From contig OZ024742.1 of NCBI GenBank assembly GCA_964016885.1, positions 289,540,001-289,604,000 on the forward strand: a stretch of DNA of 64,000 nucleotides, read 5' to 3'. This DNA is from Eledone cirrhosa (lineage: Eukaryota). Shown here piece by piece: positions 53,401 through 64,000 of the stretch. A program made the translations under genes and the position numbers. Below the pieces are notes generated by a model. That model worked only from the letters and a program-made list of their open reading frames with translations, made no database searches and was not told where the DNA came from. Each line of letters begins with the position of its first letter. Positions within the stretch are counted from its first letter, which is position 1.

Positions 53401-56400
53401 GAGGATGTTATGTGGCAGTGAGACAGTGGCAGTGATTGTAGAGGATGTTATGTGGCAGTGAGACAGTGGCAGTGATTGTAGAGGATGTTATGTGGTAGTG
53501 AAACAGTGGCAGTGATTGTAGAGGATGTTATGTGGTAGTGAGACAGTGGCAGTGATTGTAGAGGATGTTATGTGGCAGTGAGACAGTGGCAGTGATTGTA
53601 GAGGATGTTATGTGGCAGTGAGACAGTGGCAGTAAATGTAGAGGATGTTATGTGGCAGTGAGACAGTGGCAGTGATTGTAGAGGATGTTATGTGGCAGTG
53701 AGACAGTGACAGTGATTGTAGAGGATGTTATGTGGTAGTGAGACAGTGGCAGTGATTGTAGAGGAGGTTATGTGGTAGTGAGACAGTGGCAGTGATTGTA
53801 GAGGATGTTATGTGGTAGTGAGACAGTGGCAGTGATTGTAGAGGAGGTTATGTGGTAGTGAGACAGTGGCAGTGATTGTAGAGGACGTTATGTGGTAGTG
53901 AGACAGTGGCAGTGATTGTAGAGGAGGTTATGTGGTAGTGAGACAGTGGCAGTGATTGTAGAGGATGTTATGTGGTAGTGAGACAGTGGCAGTGTTTGTA
54001 GAGGATGTTATGTGGTAGTGAGACAGTGGCAGTGATTGTAGAGGATGTTATGTGGTAGTGAGACAGTGGCAGTGATTGTAGAGGATGTTATGTGGCAGTG
54101 AGACAGTGGCAGTGATTGTAGAGGATGTTATGTGGTAGTGAGACAGTGGCAGTGATAGTAGAGGATGTTATATGGCAGTGAGACAGTGGCAGTGATTGTA
54201 GAGGATGTTATGTGGCAGTGAGACAGTGGCAGTGATTGTAGAGGATGTTATGTGGCAGTGAGACAGTGGCAGTGATTGTAGAGGATGTTATGTGGTAGTG
54301 AGACAGTGGCAGTGTTTGTAAAGGATGTTATGTGGTAGTGAGACAGTGGCAGTGATTGTAGAGGATGTTATGTGGCACTGAGACAGTGGCAGTGATTGTA
54401 GAGGATGTTATGTGGTAGTGAGAGAGTGGCAGTGATTGTAGAGGATGTTATGTGGCAGTGAGACAGTGGCAGTGATTGTAGAGGATGTTATGTGGCAGTG
54501 AGACAGTGGCAGTGATTGTAGAGGATGTTATGTGGCAGTGAGACAGTGGCAGTGATTGTAGAGGATGTTATGTGGCAGTGAGACAGTGGCAGTGATTGTA
54601 GAGGATGTTATGTGGTAGTGAGACAGTGGCAGTGATTGTAGAGGATGTTATGTGGTAGTGACACAGTGGCAGTGATTGTAGAGGATGTTATGTGGTAGTG
54701 AGACAGTGGCAGTGATTGTAGAGGATGTTATGTGGTAGTGAGACAGTGGCAGTGATAGTAGAGGATGTTATGTGGTAGTGAGACAGTGGCAGTAATTGTA
54801 GAGGATGTTATGTGGAAGTGAGACAGTGGCAGTGAATGTAGAGGATGTTATGTGGCAGTGAGACAGTGGCAGTGATTGTAGAGGATGTTATGTGGTAGTG
54901 AGACAGTGGCAGTGATTGTAGAGGATGTTATGTGGTCGTGAGACAGTGGCAGTGATTGTAGAGGTTGTTATGTGGTAGTGAGACAGTGGCAGTGATTGTA
55001 CAGCATGTTATGTGGCAGTGAGACAGTGGCAGTGATTGTAGAGGATGTTAGGTGGTAGTAAAACAGTGGCAGTGATTGTAGAGGATGTTATGTGGTAGTG
55101 AGACAGTGGCAGTGATTGTAGAGGATGTTATGTGGCGGTGAGACTGTGGCAGTGATTGTAGAGGATGTTATGTGGTAGTGAGACAGTGGCAGTGATTGTA
55201 AAGGATGTTATGTGGTAGTGAGACAGTGGCAGTGATTGTAGAGGATGTTATGTGGCAGTGAGACAGTGGCAGTGATTGTAGAGCATGTTATGTGGCAGTG
55301 AGACAGTGGCAGTGATTGTAGAGGATGTTATGTGGTAGTAAGACAGTGGCAGTGATTGTAGAGGATGTTATGTGGCAGTGCGACAGGGGCAGTGATTGTA
55401 GAGGATGTTATGTGGCAGTGAGACTGTGACAGTGATTGTAGAGGATGTTATGTGGTAGTGAGACAGTGGCAGTGATTGTAAAGGATGTTATGTGGTAGTG
55501 AAACAGTGGCAGTGATTGTAGAGGATGTTATGTGGTAGTGAGACAGTGGCAGTGATTGTAGAGGATGTTATGTGGTAGTGAGACAGTGGCAGTGATTGTA
55601 GGGGATATTATGTGGTAGTGAGACAGTGGCAGTGATAGTAGAGGATGTTATGTGGTAGTGAGACAGTGGCAGTGATTGTAGAGGATGTTATGTGGCAGTG
55701 AGACAGTGGCAGTGATTGTAGAGCATGTTATGTGTCAGTGAGACAGTGGCAGTGATTGTAGAGGATGTTATGTGGTAGTGAGACAGTGGCAGTGATTGTA
55801 GAGGATGTTATGTGGCAGTGAGACAGTGGCAGTGATTGTATAGGATGTTATGTGGCAGTGAGACAGTGGCAGTGACTGTAGAGGATGTTATGTGGTAGTG
55901 AGACAGTGGCAGTGATTGTAGAGGATGTTATGTGGTAGTGAGACAGTGGCAGTGATAGTAGAGGATGTTATGTGGTAGTGAGACAGTGGCAGTAATTGTA
56001 GAGGATGTTATGTGATTGTGAGACAGTGGCAGTGATTGTAGAGGATGTTATGTGGTAGTGAGACAGTGGCAGTGATTGTAGAGGATGTTATGTGGCAGTG
56101 AGACAGTGGCAGTGATTGTAGAGGATGTTATGTGGCAGTGAGACAGTGGCAGTGATTGTAGAGGATGTTTTGTGGCAGTGAGACAGTGGCAGTGATTGTA
56201 GAGGATGTTATGTGGTAGTGAGACAGTGGCAGTGATTGTAGAGGATGTTATGTGGTAGTGTGACAGTGGCAGTGATTGTAGAGGATGTTATGTGGTAGTG
56301 AGACAGTGGCAGTGATTGTAGAGGATGTTATGTGGCAGTGAGACAGTGGCAGTGATTGTAGAGGATGTTATGTGGCAGTGAGACAGTGGCAGTGATTGTA

Positions 56401-59400
56401 GAGGATGTTATGTGGTAGTGAGACAGTGGCAGTGATTGTAGAGGATGTTATGCGGTAGTGAAACTGTGGCAGTGATTGTAGAGGATGTTATGTGGTAGTG
56501 AGACAGTGGCAGTGATTGTAGAGGATGTTATGTGGTAGTGAGACAGTGGCAGTGATTGTAGAGGATGTTATGTGGTAGTGAGACAGTGGCAGTGATTGTA
56601 GAGGATGTTATGTGGTAGTGAGACAGTGGCAGTGATAGTAGAGGATGTTATGTGGTAGTGAGACAGTGGCAGTAATTGTAGAGGATGTTATGTGATAGTG
56701 AGACAGTGGCAGTGATTGTAGAGGATGTTATGTGGTAGTGAGACAGTGGTAGTGATTGTAGAGGATGTTATGTGGCAGTGAGACAGTGGCAGTGATTGTA
56801 GAGGATGTTATGTGTCAGTGAGACAGTGGCAGTGATTGTAGAGGATGTTATGTGGTAGTGAGACAGTGGCAGTGATTGTAGAGGATGTTATGTGGCAGTG
56901 AGACAGTGGCAGTGATTGTAGAGGATGTTATGTGGTAGTGAGACTGTGGCAGTGATTGTAGAGGATGTTATGTGGTAGTGAGACAGTGGCAGTGATTGTA
57001 GAGGATGTTATGTGGTAGTGAGACAGTGGCAGTGATTGTAGAGGATGTTATGTGGTAATGAGACAGTGGCAGTGATTGTAGAGGATGTTATGTGGCAGTG
57101 AGACAGTGGCAGTGATTGTAGAGGATGTTATGTGGTAGTGAGACAGAGGCAGTGATTGTAGAGGATGTTATGTGGTAGTGAGACAGTGGCAGTGATTGTA
57201 GAGGATGTTATGTGGTAGTGAGACAGTGGCAGTGATTGTAAAGGATGTTATGTGGCAGTGATTGTAGAGGATGTTATGTGGTAGTGAGACAGTGGCAGTG
57301 ATAGTAGAGGATGTTATGTGGTAGTGAGACAGTGGCAGTGATTGTAGAGGATGTTATGTGGTAGTGAGACAGTGGCAGTGATTGTAGAGGATGTTATGTG
57401 GTAGTGAGACAGTGGCAGTGATTGTAGAGGATGTTATGTGGCAGTGAGACAGTGGCAGTTATTGTAGAGGATGTTATGTGGTAGTGAGACAGTGGCAGTG
57501 ATTGTAGAGGATGTTATGTGGCAGTGAGACAGTGGCAGTGAGACAGTGGCAGTGATTGTAGAGGATGTTATGTGGCAGTGAGACAGTGGCAGTGATTGTA
57601 GAGGATTTTATGTGGTAGTGAGACAGTTGCAGTGATTGTAGAGGATGTTATGTGGCAGTGAGACAGTGGCAGTGATTGTAGAGCATGTTATGTGGCAGTG
57701 AGACGGTGGCAGTGATTGTAGAGGATGTTATGTGGTAGTGAGACAGTGGCAGTGATTGTAGAGGATGTTATGTGGTAGTGAGACAGTGGCAGTGATTGTA
57801 GAGGATGTTATGTGGTAGTGAGACAGTGGCAGTGATTGTAGAGGTTGTTATGTGGTAGTGAGACAGTGGCAGTGATTGTAGAGGATGTTATGTGGTAGTG
57901 AGACAGTGGCAGTGATTGTAGGGGATGTTATGTGGTAGTGAGACAGTGGCAGTGATAGTAGAGGATGTTATGTGGTAGTGAGACAGTGGCAGTGATTGTA
58001 GAGGATGTTATGTGGTAGTGAGACAGTGGCAGTGATTGTAGAGGATGTTATGTGGCAGTGAGACAGTGGGAGTGATTGTAGAGGATGTTATGTGGCAGTG
58101 AGACAGTGGCAGTGATTGTAGAGGATGTTATGTGGCAGTGAGACAGTGGCAGTGATTGTAAAGGATGTTATGTGGTAGTGAGACAGTGGCAGTGATTGTA
58201 GAGGATGTTATGTGGCACTGAGACAGTGGCAGTGATTGTAGAGGATGTTATGTGGTAGTGAGACAGTGGCAGTGATTGTAGAGGATGTTATGTGGCAGTG
58301 AGACAGTGGCAGTGATTGTAGAGGATGTTATGTGGCAGTGAGACAGTGGCAGTGATTGTAGAGGATGTTATGTGGCAGTGAGACAGTGGCAGTGATTGTA
58401 GAGGATGTTATGTGGCAGTGAGACAGTGGCAGTGATTGTAGAGGATGTTATGTGGTAGTGAGACAGTGGCAGTGATTGTAGAGGATGTTATGTGGTAGTG
58501 ACACAGTGGCAGTGATTGTAGAGGATGTTATGTGGTAGTGAGACAGTGGCAGTGATTGTAGAGGATGTTATGTGGTAGTGACACAGTGGCAGTGATTGTA
58601 GAGGATGTTATGTGGTAGTGAGACAGTGGCAGTGATTGTAGAGGATGTTATGTGGTAGTGAGACAGTGGCAGTGATTATAGAGGATGTTATGTGATAGTG
58701 AGACAATGGCAGTGATAATAGAGGATGTTATGTGGTAGTGAGACAGTGGCAGTGATTGTAGAGGATGTTATGTGGTAGTGAGACAGTGGCAGTGATTGTA
58801 GAGGATGTTATGTGGCAGTGAGACAGTGGCAGTGATTGTAGAGGATGTTATGTGGCAGTGAGACAGTGGCAGTGATTGTAGAGGATGTTATGTGGCAGTG
58901 ATTGTAGAGGATGTTATGTGGTAGTGAGACAGTGGCAGTGATTGTAGAGGATGTTATGTGGTAGTGAGACAGTGGCAGTGATTGTAGAGGATGTTATGTG
59001 GCAGTGAGACAGTGGCAGTGATTGTAGAGGATGTTATGTGGCAGTGAGACAGTGGCAGTAAATGTAGAGGATGTTATGTGGCAGTGAGACAGTGGCAGTG
59101 ATTGTAGAGGATGTTATGTGGCAGTGAGACAGTGACAGTGATTGTAGAGGATGTTATGTGGTAGTGAGACAGTGGCAGTGATTGTAGAGGATGTTATGTG
59201 GTAGTGAGACAGTGGCAGTCATTGTAGAGGATGTTATGTGGCAGTGAGACAGTGACAGTGATTGTAGAGGATGTTATGTGGTAGTGAGACAGTGGCAGTA
59301 ATTATAGAGGATGTTATGTGGTAGTGAGACAGTGGCAGTGATTGTAGAGGATGTTATGTGGCAGTGAGACAGTGGCAGTGATTGTAGAGGATGTTATGTG

Positions 59401-62400
59401 GTAGTGAGACAGTGGCAGTGATTGTAGAGGATGTTATGTTGCAGTGAGACAGTGGCAGTGATTGTAGAGGATGTTATGTGGCAGTGAGACAGTGGCAGTA
59501 AATGTAGAGGATGTTATGTGGTAGTGAGACAGTGGCAGTGATTGTAGAGGATGTTATGTGGCAGTGAGACAGTGACAGTGATTGTAGAGGATGTTATGTG
59601 GTAGTGAGACAGTGGCAGTGATTGTAGAGGATGTTATGTGGCAGTGAGACAGTGGCAGTGATTGTAGAGGATGTTATGTGGTAGTGAGACAGTGGCAGTG
59701 ATTGTAGAGGATGTTATGTGGCAGAGAGACAGTGGCAGTGATTGTAGAGGATGTTATGTGGCAGTGAGACAGTGGCAGTGATTGTAGAGGATGTTATGTG
59801 GTAGTGAGACAGTGGCAGTGATTGTAGAGGATGTTATGTGGTAGTGAGACAGTGGCAGTGATTGTAGAGGATGATATGTGGCAGCGAGACAGTGGCAGTG
59901 ATTGTAGAGGATGTTATGTGGCAGTGAGACAGTGGCAGTGATTGTAGAGGATGTTATGTGGCAGTGAGACAGTGGCAGTAATTGTAGAGGATGTTATGTG
60001 ATAGTGAGACAGTGGCAGTGATTGTAGAGGATGTTATGTGGTAGTGAGACAGTGGCAGTGATTGTAGAGGATGTTATGTGGCAGTGAGACAGTGGCAGTG
60101 ATTGTAGAGGATGTTATGTGTCAGTGAGACAGTGGCAGTGATTGTAGAGGATGTTATGTGGTAGTGAGACAGTGGCAGTGATTGTAGAGGATGTTATGTG
60201 GCAGTGAGACAGTGGCAGTGATTGTAGAGGATGTTATGTGGCAGTGAGACAGTGGCAGTGATTGTAGAGGATGTTATGTGGTAGTGAGACAGTGGCAGTG
60301 ATTGTAGAGGATGTTATGTGGTAGTGAGACAGTGGCAGTGATTGTAGAGGATGTTATGTGGTAGTGAGACAGTGGCAGTGATTGTAGAGGATGTTATGTG
60401 GTAATGAGACAGTGGCAGTGATTGTAGAGGATGTTATGTGGTAGTGAGACAGTGGCAGTGATTGTAGAGGATGTTATGTGGCAGTGAGACAGTGGCAGTG
60501 ATTGTAGAGGATTTTATGTGGTAGTGAGACAGTGGCAGTGATTCTAGAGGATGGTATGTGGTAGTGAGACAGTGGCAGTGATTGTAAAGGATGTTATGTG
60601 GCAGTGAGACAGTGGCAGTGATTGTAGAGGATGTTATGTGGTAGTGAGACAGTGGCAGTGATTGTAGAGGATGTTATGTGGCAGTGAGACAGTGGCAGTT
60701 ATTGTAGAGGATGTTATGTGGTAGTGAGACAGTGGCAGTGATTGTAGAGGATGTTATGTGGCAGTGAGACAGTGGCAGTGATTGTAGAGGATGTTATGTG
60801 GCAGTGAGACAGTGGCAGTGATTGTAGAGGATGTTATGTGGTAGTGAGACAGTGGCAGTGATTGTAGAGGATGTTATGTGGCAGTGAGACAGTGGCAGTG
60901 ATTGTAGAGGATTTTATGTGGTAGTGAGACAGTGGCAGTGATTGTAGAGGATGTTATGTGGCAGTGAGACAGTGGCAGTGATTGTAGAGCATGTTATGTG
61001 GCAGTGAGACGGTGGCAGTGATTGTAGAGGATGTTATGTGGTAGTGAGACAGTGGCAGTGATTGTAGAGGATGTTATGTGGTAGTGAGACAGTGGCAGTG
61101 ATTGTAGAGGATGTTATGTGGTAATGAGACAGTGGCAGTGATTGTAGAGGATGTTATGTGGTAGTGAGACAGTGGCAGTGATTGTAGAGGATGTTATGTG
61201 GCAGTGAGACAGTGGGAGTGATTGTAGAGGATGTTATGTGGCAGTGAGACAGTGGGAGTGATTGTAGAGGATGTTATGTGGCAGTGAGACAGTGGGAGTG
61301 ATTGTAGAGGATGTTATGTGGCAGTGAGACAGTGGCAGTTATTGTAGAGGATGTTATGTGGTAGTGAGACAGTGGCAGTGATTGTAGAGGATGTTATGTG
61401 GTAGTGAGACAGTGGCAGTGATTGTAGAGGATGTTATGTGGTAGTGAGACAGTGGCAGTGATTGTAGAGCATGTTATGTGGTAGTGAGACAGTGGCAGTG
61501 ATTGTAGAGGATGTTATGTGGCAGTGAGACAGTGGCAGTGATTGTAGAGGATGTTATGTGGCAGTGAGACAGTGGCAGTGATTGTAGAGGATGTTATGTG
61601 GTAGTAAGACAGTGGCAGTGATTGTAGAGGATGTTATGTGGCAGTGAGACAGTGGCAGTGATTGTAGAGGATGTTATGTGGTAGTGAGACAGTGGCAGTG
61701 ATTGTAAAGGATGTTATGTGGTAGTGAGACAGTGGCAGTGATTGTAGAGGATGTTATGTGGCACTGAGACAGTGGCAGTGATTGTAGAGGATGTTATGTG
61801 GTAGTGAGACAGTGGCAGTGATTGTAGAGGATGTTATGTGGCAGTGAGACAGTGGCAGTGATTGTAGAGGATGTTATGTGGCAGTGAGACAGTGGCAGTG
61901 ATTGTAGAGGATGTTATGTGGCAGTGAGACAGTGGCAGTGATTGTAGAGGATGTTATGTGGCAGTGAGACAGTGGCAGTGATTGTAGAGGATGTTATGTG
62001 GTAGTGAGACAGTGGCAGTGATTGTAGAGGATGTTATGTGGTAGTGACACAGTGGCAGTGATTGTAGAGGATGTTATGTGGTAGTGAGACAGTGGCAGTG
62101 ATTGTAGAGGATGTTATGTGGTAGTGAGACAGTGGCAGTGATTGTAGAGGATGTTATGTGATAGTGAGACAGTGGCAGTGATAATAGAGGATGTTATGTG
62201 GTAGTGAGACAGTGGCAGTGATTGTAGAGGATGTTATGTGGTAGTGAGACAGTGGCAGTGATTGTAGAGGATGTTATGTGGCAGTGAGACAGTGGCAGTG
62301 ATTGTAGAGGATGTTATGTGGCAGTGAGACAGTGGCAGTGATTGTAGAGGATGTTATGTGGCAGTGAGACAGTGGCAGTGATTGTAGAGGATGTTATGTG

Positions 62401-64000
62401 GCAGTGAGACAGTGGCAGTGATTGTAGAGGATGTTATGTGGTAGTGAGACAGTGGCAGTGATTGTAGAGGATGTTATGTGGTAGTGAGACAGTGGCAGTG
62501 ATTGTAGAGGATGTTATGTGGCAGTGAGACAGTGGCAGTGATTGTAGAGGATGTTATGTGGTAGTGAGACAGTGGCAGTGATTGTAGAGGATGTTATGTG
62601 GCAGTGAGACAGTGGCAGTAAATGTAGAGGATGTTATGTGACAGTGAGACAGTGGCAGTGATTGTAGAGGATGTTATGTGGCAGTGAGACAGTGACAGTG
62701 ATTGTAGAGGATGTTATGTGGTAGTGAGACAGTGGCAGTGATTGTAGAGGATGTTATGTGGCAGTGAGACAGTGACAGTGATTGTAGAGGATGTTATGTG
62801 GTAGTGAGACAGTGGCAGTAATTGTAGAGGATGTTATGTGGTAGTGAGACAGTGGCAGTGATTGTAGAGGATGTTATGTGGCAGTGAGACAGTGGCAGTG
62901 ATTGTAGAGGATGTTATGTGGTAGTGAGACAGTGGCAGTGAGACAGTGGCAGTGATTGTAGAGGATGTTATGTGGTAGTGAGATAGTGGCAGTGATTGTA
63001 GAGGATGTTATGTGGCAGTGAGACAGTGGCAGTAAATGTAGAGGATGTTATGTGGTAGTGAGACAGTGGCAGTGATTGTAGAGGATGTTATGTGGCAGTG
63101 AGACAGTGACAGTGATTGTAGAGGATGTTATGTGGTATTGAGACAGTGGCAGTGATTGTAGAGGATGTTATGTGGCAGTGAGACAGTGGCAGTGATTGTA
63201 GAGGATGTTATGTGGTAGTGAGACAGTGGCAGTGATTGTAGAGGATGTTATGTGGCAGTGAGACAGTGGCAGTGATTGTAGAGGATGTTATGTGGCAGTG
63301 AGACAGTGGCAGTGATTGTAGAGGATGTTATGTGGTAGTGAGACAGTGGCAGTGATTGTAGAGGATGTTATGTGGTAGTGAGACAGTGGCAGTGATTGTA
63401 GAGGATGTTATGTGGCAGCGAGACAGTGGCAGTGATTGTAGAGGATGTTATGTGGCAGTGAGACAGTGGCAGTGATTGTAGAGGATGTTATGTGGCAGTG
63501 AGACAGTGGCAGTGATTGTAGAGGATGTTATGTGGTAGTGAGACAGTGGCAGTGATTGTAGAGGATGTTATGTGGCAGTGAGACAGTGGCAGTGATAGTA
63601 GAGGATGTTATGTGGTAGTGAGACAATGGCAGTGATTGTTGAGGATGTTATGTGGTAGTGAGACAGTGGCAGTGATTGTAGAGGATGTTATGTGGCAGTG
63701 AGACAGTGGCAGTGATTGTAGAGGATGTTATGTGGCAGTGAGACAGTGGCAGTGATTGTAGAGGATGTTATGTGGTAGTGAGACAGTGGCAGTGATTGTA
63801 GAGGATGTTATGTGGCAGTGAGACAGTGGCAGTGATTGTAGAGGATGTTATGTGGCAGTGAGACAGTGGCAGTGATTGTAGAGGATGTTATGTGGTAGTG
63901 AGACAGTGGCAGTGATTGTAGAGGATGTTATGTGGCAGTGAGACAGTGGCAGTGAGTGTAGAGGATGTTATGTGGTAGTGAGACAGTGGCAGTGATTGTA
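5453..64000. repeat. 40-bp tandem satellite array, at least 58.5 kb (runs off the window), consensus ATGTTATGTGGYAGTGAGACAGTGGCAGTGATTGTAGAGG
   Basis: Strict 40-bp periodicity, single orientation, no inserted foreign sequence seen; occasional 26-, 37-, 38- and 54-bp variant units; about 1,450-1,500 copies by length. Confidence 0.99.

Noticed and set aside
5453-64000. CRISPR-like array or repeat-encoded protein
   Set aside because: No unique spacers and no cas genes. The 40-bp period cycles through all frames and hits stops on both strands.
5453-64000. Telomeric or centromeric identity of the array
   Set aside because: No TTAGGG repeats. G-rich skew and layered structure alone do not show telomere or centromere function.

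Overview
Eukaryotic (animal) genomic DNA. The RTE-type LINE with its (GAT)n tail and the TG/TA microsatellites resemble octopus/cephalopod sequence, but that assignment is inference. The first ~5.4 kb holds: an internally deleted, fairly young RTE LINE (+ strand, 480-3213); two clean phase-0 exons of a minus-strand host gene encoding a coiled-coil segment (4554-4649, 3313-3531); decayed RTE and Penelope-like RT fragments; and a perfect 22-bp hairpin. The remaining ~58.5 kb (5453 to the window end) is a single, uninterrupted head-to-tail 40-bp satellite, ATGTTATGTGG(C/T)AGTGAGACAGTGGCAGTGATTGTAGAGG, of roughly 1,450-1,500 units with nested kb-scale duplications. Main observation: the monomer is a piece of RTE LINE coding sequence (the MLHGSETWA..ED motif; 30/40 nt identical to 2341-2380). 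The array grows directly out of a decayed RTE fragment at its left edge through intermediate proto-units. It probably lies inside an intron of the host gene, and the consensus on the host-transcribed strand has no AG dinucleotide.
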